This document shows, piece by piece, positions 46,108 through 55,500 of a stretch of 64,000 nucleotides of DNA. This DNA is from Candidatus Magasanikiibacteriota bacterium (GTDB lineage Bacteria > Patescibacteriota > Patescibacteriia > Magasanikbacterales > UBA922): assembly GCA_002716765.1 (NCBI GenBank), contig PBBY01000012.1, forward strand, positions 18,321 to 82,320, in the 5' to 3' direction. The translations under genes and the position numbers were made by a program. The notes below the pieces were generated by a model. The model ran no database searches. It was not told the DNA's origin and saw nothing but the letters and a program-made list of their open reading frames with translations. Every line of letters starts with the position of its first letter. Positions within the stretch are counted from its first letter, which is position 1.

Positions 46108-48360
46108 TTATTTTTTCAATCTATAACTATAAATCGAAAATGGGGCAAATTCTGCTTCTTGCCCCCTAAAAATCTCTGATAATGCAGTATTATAGGCACT
46201 ATTTTGCTCTTGCTTTGGTAAAATAACCACACAATATGACGCCTCCGTAATGCGCAATGCATGTTGCATGATTGTATGGCTTGGTAATTCGGTTACTTGA
46301 GCAAATAAGCGGGTTCTTTCAAATTGACCAAATTGTGCTGTAATAGGAAACCCGCCACCAACAATACTACCCGATGAGTGTGCTTCAAGCGCAAGTAGCA
46401 ACCAAGTGTCTGCAAGAACACAAGCGTGCCCTGAATCAAAGTGATAGTTTTCCCAAACATATGTTGCTGCATTGTATTCATTAGTACTCAAAACACGAAT
46501 ATCTGGTCCAGAAGCGTATGTTGTGGTTCCTACCCAAGAAAAAAAGAGTACACACACTACAGAAAAAACCCGAACACTTCTTAGAGAGTATCTATAAAAC
46601 CGCAAGTACTGCATTACCGCAAAAAATCCATAGGCACAAAGCAGTAATACCGATAACGCAAATAATGCGTCTAATCTTCTAACAAACGACCTATCACCTT
46701 CTAAAACATACCACCCAATCCCATACCCACCTACAACCATAAATGCCAAGAACGTGGAAACAAGAAAATGTACCGTATATTTTTTGTGCAAAAAATACCA
46801 AAAAGCAGCAATAAGTAGCACCACAATAACACTTACGCACAATACTAAATGCCATCGCCACAATAAAAATGGTGTTGAAAAAAAGATGCTTTGAGGTGTT
46901 TGGTTAAACAGAATATTTCCTGGCAATATATTGTGCAATGGAATACTATTTGCAAAATACCAGCCGCTAAACTGACCCAAAGCGATACGAAATTTTTCTA
47001 TTATATAAATATGAATAGCGACTGTACTACTTTTAGACATTAATTCTATCAAAGGTAAAATAAACAGTCCGGAAAAAAGCATGCCGGTGCACATACCGGT
47101 TCGCCATAATACATCTTTTTTCTTTTTAATCTGCGTAAAAAGTATTGTAGCTACAATTATTACCCACATAACAATTGTATACAAGGTGTACCCAAAAATC
47201 ATAAGAACACTCAACAAGATCACAAGATTCCTTTGTTTTTTTGAAGCATTTTTTATGTACTCGAACCAACATAATAATACAAATAAAAAGGTAATAAATC
47301 CAAAACTCACACCAAGTGTTAGCCCACCATTTGCCTGAAAAATAAATGGGATAGTACTTGCCATTGCTAAAAGGAGTCCCATTTTTGGATGAGAAAATAA
47401 TCGAAAGCCTATTTTGTATAGTAAAAGTGGTACCATCACAGACCACAAAAGCGGCACTAACCACTTATGGATACTTAGTAACGAAATCTGCAATGTTTTT
47501 TCCAACAATATAATAGTTCCGTGTAAGTGTCCATAAATATATTTATGCGGGATAAGTAATGCTTCTGGAATCTGTAAACCAAACAGTTCCTTGTACTGTA
47601 CTTCTGGGCCAAAAAGTACCGGAAGTATACTATTTCCATCTGCAAGCTGCTGCTCTACCGCCACAAGTCTCCATACATCTCCCCCCCAAGGCAATTCATG
47701 TGTAACTGGGAGGTAACTATGAAGCAAAAGAGAATGTGCCACAATAATAATAAGAACAAGAGATGTTTTTATTTTGCTAAACAGGCAAAATCCCATAAGC
47801 ACAAAAAGGAGAAACACGACAGGTAAAAACATATGATGAATAGCCTCCCAAGGAGAAAAAAGTGCTCTACCCGTATTTGACACAAACAAAAGAACTAGGC
47901 CAGTTACGCACAACACTATATATGAGACCAGCGGAAAAGGTGAAAACGTAAAACATGTCATCCAGGAAAAATTTTTTTTATATATAGTATTTTTAGGCAA
48001 AAAACGCCTTTTTTTTCTTAGAATTGTAGCGCTAGTAAAAAATAATAAGGCAATAGTCACGAATACAATCCACAAATAAAGAGGTGTTATTTTATACCAC
48101 ACCACACCAATTGCTGTTGCAAAACCAAGACACAGAAAAACAAAAAAATACGCCAATACCCGGGTTATTCCACTGGTTACCTTATATCCAAATATATGTA
48201 CCAATACATATGTTGCAAAATTACCAACATATCCTATGTATAGCAAAAAAATACAAAAACCAAAGAAAGTGGATGAAAATAAAAATAACTGTGCATAGAG
48301 GGCACAGGAAATAGTTGCGAGACATAAACCATGAACATACCATTTCTTTAGTTTCTTCAT
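46108..48360 (-). CDS. Large polytopic membrane protein with a C-terminal soluble domain; possible GT-C-type glycosyltransferase or polymerase
   Basis: About 750 aa with many hydrophobic helices over roughly 600 aa. I recognise no motif. The ATG at 48360 is preferred over the TTG at 48384. It is adjacent to the glycan gene island. Confidence 0.45.
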   Translation of the reverse strand: MKKLKKWYVHGLCLATISCALYAQLFLFSSTFFGFCIFLLYIGYVGNFATYVLVHIFGYKVTSGITRVLAYFFVFLCLGFATAIGVVWYKITPLYLWIVFVTIALLFFTSATILRKKRRFLPKNTIYKKNFSWMTCFTFSPFPLVSYIVLCVTGLVLLFVSNTGRALFSPWEAIHHMFLPVVFLLFVLMGFCLFSKIKTSLVLIIIVAHSLLLHSYLPVTHELPWGGDVWRLVAVEQQLADGNSILPVLFGPEVQYKELFGLQIPEALLIPHKYIYGHLHGTIILLEKTLQISLLSIHKWLVPLLWSVMVPLLLYKIGFRLFSHPKMGLLLAMASTIPFIFQANGGLTLGVSFGFITFLFVLLCWFEYIKNASKKQRNLVILLSVLMIFGYTLYTIVMWVIIVATILFTQIKKKKDVLWRTGMCTGMLFSGLFILPLIELMSKSSTVAIHIYIIEKFRIALGQFSGWYFANSIPLHNILPGNILFNQTPQSIFFSTPFLLWRWHLVLCVSVIVVLLIAAFWYFLHKKYTVHFLVSTFLAFMVVGGYGIGWYVLEGDRSFVRRLDALFALSVLLLCAYGFFAVMQYLRFYRYSLRSVRVFSVVCVLFFSWVGTTTYASGPDIRVLSTNEYNAATYVWENYHFDSGHACVLADTWLLLALEAHSSGSIVGGGFPITAQFGQFERTRLFAQVTELPSHTIMQHALRITEASYCVVILPKQEQNSAYNTALSEIFRGQEAEFAPFSIYSYRLKK

Positions 48361-48384
48361 ATATGTATTACTCCATACTAACAA

Positions 48385-49008
48385 TTATATTCCATTAGAA
48401 AATAGACTTATTAACGCAAACCCAATAGCAAAACCAAAACACCAGAAAGCAAAAGTAAGTAAATGAGGTGTGTTAAATACCAGTGCAATAAGTGTAAAAG
48501 AGATAGCGAGGACTTGTAGTGCCATTTTTATTTTTCCCCACTTATTAGCAGAAAAAATGCTATTGAACTTTATTTTTGCTATAAGGGCAGTAATAATAAA
48601 CAAGATTTCGATTCCTAAAATTGCCACACCAAGTAAATAGTGAAAATTTTGAAATACCAATAAAATAACCATGCTTCCAATAAGAAGTTTATCTGCAAGC
48701 GGGTCAAATAACATTCCGAAACGTGTTACCTGAGAACGAACACGGGCAAGAGTTCCGTCTACCGCATCAGTAAATGCTACGATTAAAAAAACAATGGCTC
48801 CAATAGAATATTCTCCGTATAACACAAGAAAGAAAGGAATTGGTGTCGTAGCAACACGTATTGTTGTAATAACATTTGGGGTGATTGATTCTGGGATGAC
48901 ACGTAGAAAAAACCTGTACAAAAAACGATCATGGAGAAAAATTTCCTCTGCTTTGTGAAATGTAAATAGTGGCTTGTTGGTAGCAATGAAACGTTTAATA
49001 AATATCAT
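48385..49008 (-). CDS. CDP-alcohol phosphatidyltransferase family protein
   Basis: Motif DAVDGTLAR(x8)G(x3)DPLAD. Confidence 0.82.
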   Translation of the reverse strand: MIFIKRFIATNKPLFTFHKAEEIFLHDRFLYRFFLRVIPESITPNVITTIRVATTPIPFFLVLYGEYSIGAIVFLIVAFTDAVDGTLARVRSQVTRFGMLFDPLADKLLIGSMVILLVFQNFHYLLGVAILGIEILFIITALIAKIKFNSIFSANKWGKIKMALQVLAISFTLIALVFNTPHLLTFAFWCFGFAIGFALISLFSNGI

Positions 49009-49063
49009 ACAGGTATATTATTCTACCTTAGTAGTATACGATTATTAGTAAAATAATTCAAAT

Positions 49064-49088
49064 AAAAAAGAGCCGAAGCCCTTTTTTT
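49064..49088 (-). terminator. Intrinsic terminator downstream of rpsI
   Basis: The minus strand reads AAAGGGCttcgGCTCTTTttt: a UUCG-loop hairpin followed by a U-run. Confidence 0.55.
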
Positions 49089-49092
49089 AAAA

Positions 49093-49500
49093 TTATCTTT
49101 TACGCCACTGATGCCCTCTTCTAGCTCTATGTCTACCATATTTTTTACGCTCTCTTGTTCTGGAATCTCTGGTGAGAAACCCTTCTGCTTTTAGCACAGG
49201 TTTAAGTGTTTCATCTGACTTTACCAATACACGTGAAATACCGTGGCGAATTGCCTCTGCCTGTGCATTTGTTCCGCCACCAACCACTTTAACAGAAATT
49301 TCTACCCCACCTTCCTTGCTTGTAAGCGCAAGTGGTGCTAACACTTTTTCTTGCCAAAAGGTAATAGGGAAATATTCTGTCATCTTTTTTCCGTTTATAG
49401 TAATCCCTGGCTCTCCGTTACGCAATTGCACTCGAGCAACCGCTGTTTTTCTTCTACCAACCGCACGTATATGCGTTGTAGTATTTTGTTCTTTTGTCAT
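49093..49500 (-). CDS. rpsI: 30S ribosomal protein S9
   Basis: Reads GRRKTAVARVQL...GGGTNAQAEAIRHGISRVL...LTRDSRTRERKKYG. Confidence 0.95.
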   Translation of the reverse strand: MTKEQNTTTHIRAVGRRKTAVARVQLRNGEPGITINGKKMTEYFPITFWQEKVLAPLALTSKEGGVEISVKVVGGGTNAQAEAIRHGISRVLVKSDETLKPVLKAEGFLTRDSRTRERKKYGRHRARRGHQWRKR

Positions 49501-49504
49501 ACAG

Positions 49505-49861
49505 TTAAGCTTTAATAGTCAAACGCTTCATCATGCCATTGCGTAATGAATTTTTTGGTAACATACCATTTACTGCTCTCCTAATTACTTCTGCAGGATC
49601 TGATTCAAAAACCTTCTTCATAGAAGTCTTTTTTAATCCACCCGGATAAAGCGTGTGGTGAAAATAGTCTTTTTGGACCAATTTTTTACCAGTAAATGAG
49701 ACCTTTGACGCATTTATAACTCGCACAAAATCACCAGCATCAATATGCGGTTCAAACCCTGGTTTATGCTTTCCACGCAAACAAGTAGCCACTTCTGTTG
49801 CTACTCGACCAACAGCCTTGTTTGTTGCGTCTATTTCTATTGTCTTTCGTTGTATAGTCAT
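49505..49861 (-). CDS. rplM: 50S ribosomal protein L13 (short form)
   Basis: Reads AVGRVATEVATCLRGKHKP...DAGDFVRVINA...GMLPKN. Confidence 0.93.
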   Translation of the reverse strand: MTIQRKTIEIDATNKAVGRVATEVATCLRGKHKPGFEPHIDAGDFVRVINASKVSFTGKKLVQKDYFHHTLYPGGLKKTSMKKVFESDPAEVIRRAVNGMLPKNSLRNGMMKRLTIKA

Positions 49862-49870
49862 AGGTTTTTA

Positions 49871-50221
49871 TTAAACAAATTCTATTCTTACCACTTCGGC
49901 TCCATCATTTGGTCTTGAACCAATTTTAGTGATTCTCGTATACCCCCCTTGCCGGTCTTTGTAACGTGGTCCAATATCTTTCATGAGTTTTTCCACGGCT
50001 AATTTTGTATATAATACTTTAGATACCATTCTTTTGTCAAAAAGATTTCCTCTCTTTGCTTTGGTAACCAACGGCTCAACAACTGTTCTTAATGCTTTTG
50101 CTTTTGCGGATGTTGTTTTTATTGCACCATGCAAAATAAGGCTTTCTGCCAAACTTCTCATAAGCGCTTCCCTTTGCGCTTTTTCTCTTCCTAATGTAAT
50201 TTTTTTCTTCCTATGTCTCAT
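49871..50221 (-). CDS. rplQ: 50S ribosomal protein L17
   Basis: Reads MRHRKKKITLGREKAQREALMRSLAESLILHGAIKTT...GGYTRI. Confidence 0.95.
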   Translation of the reverse strand: MRHRKKKITLGREKAQREALMRSLAESLILHGAIKTTSAKAKALRTVVEPLVTKAKRGNLFDKRMVSKVLYTKLAVEKLMKDIGPRYKDRQGGYTRITKIGSRPNDGAEVVRIEFV

Positions 50222-50260
50222 AAAACACTAACTAATTAATACGTTTGAATATTATTCCTC

Positions 50261-51019
50261 CTACTCTTGTTCACCATCCTCTGCGGATTCTGGCTCTGTG
50301 GTGAGTTGTAGATTTGGATCAAGATCACAATCCGCAACGTTCATAATAACATTAAAGTGATCAAGTAAAATTTGCGTAGCCTGACATACTGCTTCTTTTG
50401 GAGTAACTGTACCATCTGTTTCAACATGCATGACAAGTTTTTCATAATCAGTCACGTCTCCTACACGGGTGTTTTCTACTGCATAACCAATGTCTCTTAC
50501 TGGTGTGTACAAAGAATCTACGACAATTGTACCAAGATCAAGATTCTGTGTCTCTTTTTCTGCTGCAGCAACATACCCATTCCCCTTTCCAATAACAATT
50601 TCCATATTAATAGCTGTGGTTTTTCCTGTAACAGTCATGATTTTTTGTTCAGGGTTAGCAATTACAATATCAGCACTCTTGGAAAAGTCGGCAGCAGTAA
50701 TATCACCAATACCTTTTTTTTCTAATGTAAGAACAACAGGGTTATCACTGTGTGATTGCACCGCAATTTGTTTAATATTTAAAATAATCTCCACGACATC
50801 TTCCTGGACACCTTCTATTGCAGAAAATTCATGTTGTACTCCGTCTATTCGAACAGATTCAATAGCTGCACCCGGTAAAGATGATAAAAGTACGCGACGT
50901 AATGCGTTTCCTAAAGTGGTACCATATCCTTGCTGACACGGTGATACAACAAGCTTTCCGATATGTGGTTTATCGGTTTCCTCAATTGTGATCGATGATG
51001 GCAATAATACGTGTTCCAT
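50261..51019 (-). CDS. rpoA: DNA-directed RNA polymerase alpha subunit, N-terminal domain only (no alpha-CTD)
   Basis: Alpha-NTD pattern: GYGTTLGNALRRVLLSSLPGAA...EGVQEDVVEIILNIK. The protein ends after about 252 aa in an acidic tail, and rplQ starts 40 nt downstream. Confidence 0.9.
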   Translation of the reverse strand: MEHVLLPSSITIEETDKPHIGKLVVSPCQQGYGTTLGNALRRVLLSSLPGAAIESVRIDGVQHEFSAIEGVQEDVVEIILNIKQIAVQSHSDNPVVLTLEKKGIGDITAADFSKSADIVIANPEQKIMTVTGKTTAINMEIVIGKGNGYVAAAEKETQNLDLGTIVVDSLYTPVRDIGYAVENTRVGDVTDYEKLVMHVETDGTVTPKEAVCQATQILLDHFNVIMNVADCDLDPNLQLTTEPESAEDGEQE

Positions 51020-51063
51020 AGAAAATTAGTTAGCGTTGGTAGAAAAAGTCCTACCAAAATGAA

Positions 51064-51687
51064 TTAACGAGTTGAGTAATACTCAATAATAAGTTTTTCG
51101 TCAAATATTTTATCAAAATCTTGCTCAGTTGGCATATGCAGTACTTTACCTTCTTTTTTCTTTGCGTCAACCGATAACCAAGAAGGAAGTTCTACATTGG
51201 TAAGCTGCTCTACAATATCAACAAACACTCCTTTTTTGTGTTTACTTTCTTTTAAAGTAATAACATCTTCTGTTTTAACCAAATACGAAGGAATATTCAT
51301 TTTTTTTCCATTTACAGTAAACATGCTATGACTTACAAACTGCCTTGCTTGTGCACGTGTTTTTGCAAAACCAAGTCTATAGACAACATTATCTAGTCGT
51401 TGTTCAAGGATCTGTTTTAAATTAATACCAGAATTACCAACAACTCGTTCTGCTTCTTTTACATATCCACTAAATTGTCGCTCTCGTAAACCGTAAATAC
51501 ATTTTGCCTTTTGTTTTTCTGTAAGTTGTTTTGCATATGTAGATAAACCACCTCTTCTTCTCTTTGCACCATGAACACCTGGCTTTTGTGTTAAGCGTCG
51601 TGCCACTTTTGCAGCATTTGTTTTAAGACCTAAGTTTACACCAAATCGTCTTGCTATTTTATTTTTTGGACCTATATATCTTCCCAT
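51064..51687 (-). CDS. rpsD: 30S ribosomal protein S4
   Basis: Reads MGRYIGPKNKIARRFGVNL...LDNVVYRLGFA.TRAQARQFVSH. Confidence 0.95.
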   Translation of the reverse strand: MGRYIGPKNKIARRFGVNLGLKTNAAKVARRLTQKPGVHGAKRRRGGLSTYAKQLTEKQKAKCIYGLRERQFSGYVKEAERVVGNSGINLKQILEQRLDNVVYRLGFAKTRAQARQFVSHSMFTVNGKKMNIPSYLVKTEDVITLKESKHKKGVFVDIVEQLTNVELPSWLSVDAKKKEGKVLHMPTEQDFDKIFDEKLIIEYYSTR

Positions 51688-51705
51688 AAAATTAGTTCTA
51701 GTAAA

Positions 51706-52101
51706 TTATACCCGTCTTCTTTTTCTTGGACGACAGCCATTGTGTGGAATAGGTGTCACATCCTTAATAGATAATATCTGTAAACCGTTTGCATATAATG
51801 CACGGATTGCCCCCTCTCTTCCACCACCAACACCTTTTACAAATACATTAATTTCTTTTATTCCTGTTGGCTTTACTGCCTCAACCGCTTTTTTAACCAC
51901 CTGACCAGCAGCATAAGGTGTGGCCTTTTTTGGCCCTTTAAATCCTACCATTCCAGCACTTGCCCAACCCAAAACGTCACCATTTTGATCTGTGATGGTT
52001 ACAATAGTATTATTAAAGGTTGATTGAATATATGCACGTCCATTGCTGACTTGCTTTATTGCCTTTTTCTTTGTTTTTGCTTTAGTCGTTTTTTTTGCCA
52101 T
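51706..52101 (-). CDS. rpsK: 30S ribosomal protein S11
   Basis: Reads [25 protein letters not shown]...FKG.KK.TPYAA...NGCRP.KRRRV. Confidence 0.95.
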   Translation of the reverse strand: MAKKTTKAKTKKKAIKQVSNGRAYIQSTFNNTIVTITDQNGDVLGWASAGMVGFKGPKKATPYAAGQVVKKAVEAVKPTGIKEINVFVKGVGGGREGAIRALYANGLQILSIKDVTPIPHNGCRPRKRRRV

Positions 52102-52129
52102 ATCTCATGTACAGTTAGTTAAATCGGAA

Positions 52130-52516
52130 TTATGTTTTTTGTGCCGCTGGTTTTTTACCGCTGACCGCAAGATTCTTTTTATTTCCTCTTATTGTTCTTG
52201 AGTTTGTTTTTGTTCTTTGTCCGCGTACAGGAAGACGCTTTGCGTGCCGTATACCACGGTAACACTTAATATCTTTTAATCGCTTTATATTACTTGAAAC
52301 CTCTCTTCGTAGATCACCTTCCGTGGTGATATCTTTTTCTACAATAGCACGAATAGCATCTTCTTGAGATCTAGTAAGATCTTTGACGCGTGTGTTTTTT
52401 TCTATATTTGCTCCTTCTAATATTTTTTCGGATGCCGTAAGACCAATACCATACACATAGGTAAGTCCAATAACGATTCTTTTTTGTTTTGGTAATGTAA
52501 CCCCAGATAATCTCAT
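52130..52516 (-). CDS. rpsM: 30S ribosomal protein S13
   Basis: Reads [25 protein letters not shown]...YRGIRH...[11 protein letters not shown]. Confidence 0.95.
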   Translation of the reverse strand: MRLSGVTLPKQKRIVIGLTYVYGIGLTASEKILEGANIEKNTRVKDLTRSQEDAIRAIVEKDITTEGDLRREVSSNIKRLKDIKCYRGIRHAKRLPVRGQRTKTNSRTIRGNKKNLAVSGKKPAAQKT

Positions 52517-52531
52517 AAAAATTCTATTAAA

Positions 52532-52672
52532 TTAAGCGATAGCTTTTTTTCTTTGTTTGGTTCCTTGTCTTTGTTTGTGGCGTGGATTTTTACAAATATT
52601 ATAAACAACTCCACGTCTTCTTACACGCTTACAATCTTTACAACGCGCTTTTACTGATGCCTGTACTTTCAT
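52532..52672 (-). CDS. rpmJ: 50S ribosomal protein L36 with a short basic C-terminal extension
   Basis: From the ATG at 52672 it reads [37 protein letters not shown] plus TKQRKKAIA. The N-terminal 18 codons of the ORF-track ORF are not L36-like. Confidence 0.88.
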   Translation of the reverse strand: MKVQASVKARCKDCKRVRRRGVVYNICKNPRHKQRQGTKQRKKAIA

Positions 52673-52802
52673 AAAATTATAAGAAAATATTGAACTAAAA
52701 AATATCAACCACTGCCGCGATATCATTGCTCTACCTTGTGTGCAAATTGCACGTGGTTAAGCTCCACCGCACCGGTTGATATATAAAGTAATGTTTTGTT
52801 AA

Positions 52803-53018
52803 TTACAGCCTATAGGTGATTCTTCCTTTGGTTAAATCGTATGGTGTCATTTCTACTCGCACATCATCACCAACACCGAGCCGGATTCTGTGCATACGCA
52901 TTTTTCCACCAAGATGAGCAATAATCTCGTGCTCATTTTCTAGGCGCACACGAAATGTTCCACCAGGAAGCACTTCGTCTATGGTGCCGTTTACTACTAT
53001 TACGTCTTTTTTAGCCAT
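52803..53018 (-). CDS. infA: Translation initiation factor IF-1
   Basis: Reads [41 protein letters not shown]...I.L.GD.V.VE..PYDLT.GRI.YR. Confidence 0.95.
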   Translation of the reverse strand: MAKKDVIVVNGTIDEVLPGGTFRVRLENEHEIIAHLGGKMRMHRIRLGVGDDVRVEMTPYDLTKGRITYRL

Positions 53019-53108
53019 GAAAAATGAAATAATTTAACTGTGGATATGATACATTATTTTGGTAAGGCTGTCAAGAAAATTCTCTCTACACTGTGAATAA
53101 TCATATAT

Positions 53109-53558
53109 TTATCTACTATACACCTCTGTTTTTGACAAAGATGGTACTAACACCTCTTCTTTGTATACCCAGTATTTGTATAAAAAGAAATTCCAACAAC
53201 CCATACACCCAATTGAAGCAATTCGAACTATACGATAATCAAATGATAACATTTCAGTAAATATATACATTACCACCACCGAGAACAGGTAGTTAGCTCC
53301 AGCAAGTGTGGTATAGCGGGCTGCCTGTTTATGGGGCCGTTGAGTATTTTCAAATGACCAAAACTTATTAAGACTAAAATTATATACTAGCACCCCTATT
53401 TGACTGACTATAACAGCATAGATTGGTCGAATTCCAAACACCTCCTTTAAAAAAACAAGTGAGGCCATATCTATCGCAAGCCCAGTAATCCCCACAACAA
53501 AAAAACAAAAGAACTGCTTGCGAATACTCCGTAAAAATATAAAACATCTATTAATCAT
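53109..53558 (-). CDS. GtrA-family membrane protein (glycan/lipid-carrier translocation associated)
   Basis: Four TM helices, with FFVVGITGLAIDM...NFSLNKFWSF. Confidence 0.7.
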   Translation of the reverse strand: MINRCFIFLRSIRKQFFCFFVVGITGLAIDMASLVFLKEVFGIRPIYAVIVSQIGVLVYNFSLNKFWSFENTQRPHKQAARYTTLAGANYLFSVVVMYIFTEMLSFDYRIVRIASIGCMGCWNFFLYKYWVYKEEVLVPSLSKTEVYSR

Positions 53559-53561
53559 AAA

Positions 53562-55490
53562 CTACTCCAGAACCGCTTTAATGCGCCTGATTCCGGCACT
53601 ACTTGACTCTTCTTTGGTAATACGAAAGTGCCCAAGCGTATTTGTGTTTTCCACGTGTGGCCCGCCACAGATTTCTTTACTAAAGGTATCTGATGCCGGA
53701 TCACCTGCTGCAGAAAAATTTGGATCTCCAATCGTATATACTTTTACTCTTTCCCCATAGGAATCACTAAAAAGTCCGATCGCTCCTTGTGTCTTTGCTT
53801 CTTCAATTGACATTTCCACAGAAGAAACAGTATATCCCTTTACAATAGCCGCATTTACCAAATCTTCCACCTCTTTTTTTTGCTCATCGGTTACTTTTTC
53901 TGTATGTGTAAAATCAAAACGAAGTCTTTTTGGGGTTATATTACTTCCTTTTTGCTCCACATGAGTACCTAAAACCCTTCGCAGTGCAACATGGAGCAAA
54001 TGTGTTGCGGTGTGGTATTTAACACTCATTTCTGACGTATCGGCAAGCCCTCCTTTAAATTTTTCCTCTGCAGCGGACCGAGATGTTTGTTTGTGTTTTT
54101 CTAGTGCTACCCCAAAACCAGACCTATCCACAGATAAACCACGTTCTTTTGCCAACTCTTCGGTCATTTCAAAAGGGAACCCAAACGTATCATAAAGAGT
54201 AAATGCTTGTTTTCCAGAAATCTCGGTAACTTTCCTTCCTGTTTTTTCTTCTCCTTTTTTAAATCCAGCCAAAAGCTTTTCAAACTCTTTTAACCCAGAT
54301 TCAAGTGTTTGTTGAAACTGTCCCTCTTCCTTTTGTAACGCTGATATAATGTGTGATTCATTTTCTGCAAGAACTGTGTACGTTTTACTGTAAGAAGTAA
54401 TAAAGGATCTTGCTATTGACGCACAAAATGATTGAGTAATACCTAAGTCCTTAGAAAAACGAACTGCACGACGAATAAGACGTCGGGTAAAATAACCTTG
54501 ATCCTTATTTGATGGAACAGCACCATCCGCAATCAAAAAAACTGCTGCACGAATATGATCCATTATTACACGAAATGCAAACGTTTCTTTCTCATTTTCT
54601 CCGTATACTTTTCCAGATAAATCTGCAAGAGTTTTTTTTGCACCACTAAATATATCAATCAAAAATATGTCTGGATTACCAATAACAGCTGCCGCGATTC
54701 GTTCAAGTCCCCCACCAAAATCAATATTCTTTTTCTCTAGTTCCGTAAAATCCTTTGTCATTTTCCTGTACGCCATGAATACGTTATTACCGATTTCCAT
54801 AAACCTTCCACAATCACAATTTACGTGACACAAATCATCTTTCCAAACAGATTTTTCATGATGCTTTTGTTCGACACCAAAATCCCAAAACATCTCTGAA
54901 TCTGGTCCACCAGGCTCCCCATTTGGCATGTTTTGTGGAACACCCGCTCTTGACCACCAATTTTTTTCTGAATCATAATAAAAAATACGCCCATTTTGCA
55001 TTCCATCTTTTTCTGGGAAATCTACAATTTCTGCAGACATACCAGATTGTTCAAACTTTTTTTGCCACAATAATGCCGCTTCTGTATCTTTTGGGATATC
55101 AAACTCATCTGATCCGCGAAAACAGGTTATATATAATTGATTTGGATTAAGACCGATAATATTTACAAGAAAATCCCAAATCCAGTCCACTTGCTCTGTC
55201 TTAAAATAGTCACCAAGTGACCAATTTCCTAACATCTCAAAAAACGTGGTATGACGATTGTCTCCAACCTCATCTATATCCCCAGAACGAAAACACTTTT
55301 GAGAATCAGCAATTCGCACCCCTTCTGGATGTGACTCTCCTAATAAATAGGGTACCATTGGTTGCATGCCAGAACCAGTAAAGAGTGTAGTGGGGTCATT
55401 TTCTGGCAAAAGTGAAGCCGAAGGAATAACATGGTGTCCTTTATCTTTAAAATATTGTAAATACGCTTGTCTAATTTCTTGCACTGTCAT
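53562..55490 (-). CDS. alaS: Alanine-tRNA ligase, truncated form (catalytic, tRNA-recognition and editing domains; no C-Ala domain)
   Basis: Reads IRQAYLQYFKDKGHHVIPSASLLP..DPTLLFTGSGM, the editing-site HTATHLLHVALRRVLG and CGGPHV. The protein is about 642 aa from the ATG at 55490. Confidence 0.9.
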   Translation of the reverse strand: MTVQEIRQAYLQYFKDKGHHVIPSASLLPENDPTTLFTGSGMQPMVPYLLGESHPEGVRIADSQKCFRSGDIDEVGDNRHTTFFEMLGNWSLGDYFKTEQVDWIWDFLVNIIGLNPNQLYITCFRGSDEFDIPKDTEAALLWQKKFEQSGMSAEIVDFPEKDGMQNGRIFYYDSEKNWWSRAGVPQNMPNGEPGGPDSEMFWDFGVEQKHHEKSVWKDDLCHVNCDCGRFMEIGNNVFMAYRKMTKDFTELEKKNIDFGGGLERIAAAVIGNPDIFLIDIFSGAKKTLADLSGKVYGENEKETFAFRVIMDHIRAAVFLIADGAVPSNKDQGYFTRRLIRRAVRFSKDLGITQSFCASIARSFITSYSKTYTVLAENESHIISALQKEEGQFQQTLESGLKEFEKLLAGFKKGEEKTGRKVTEISGKQAFTLYDTFGFPFEMTEELAKERGLSVDRSGFGVALEKHKQTSRSAAEEKFKGGLADTSEMSVKYHTATHLLHVALRRVLGTHVEQKGSNITPKRLRFDFTHTEKVTDEQKKEVEDLVNAAIVKGYTVSSVEMSIEEAKTQGAIGLFSDSYGERVKVYTIGDPNFSAAGDPASDTFSKEICGGPHVENTNTLGHFRITKEESSSAGIRRIKAVLE

Positions 55491-55500
55491 AATCAATATA

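Noticed and set aside
52673-52726. 18-codon N-terminal extension on L36 ([18 protein letters not shown]).
   Set aside because: L36 homology starts exactly at MKVQASVK, and the upstream part is hydrophobic read-through of the intergenic region.
52747-52759. Small palindrome GTGCAAATTGCAC between infA and rpmJ.
   Set aside because: The 5-bp stem with a 3-nt loop is too weak to call a regulatory hairpin without conservation data.
49093-53018. Unusual direct fusion of the alpha operon (S13-S11-S4-RpoA-L17) with L13-S9, with infA/L36 preceded by gtrA/alaS instead of secY-adk-map.
   Set aside because: The gene-order compaction is real but probably ordinary for reduced genomes. It is not evidence of a new system by itself, so it is mentioned here only.
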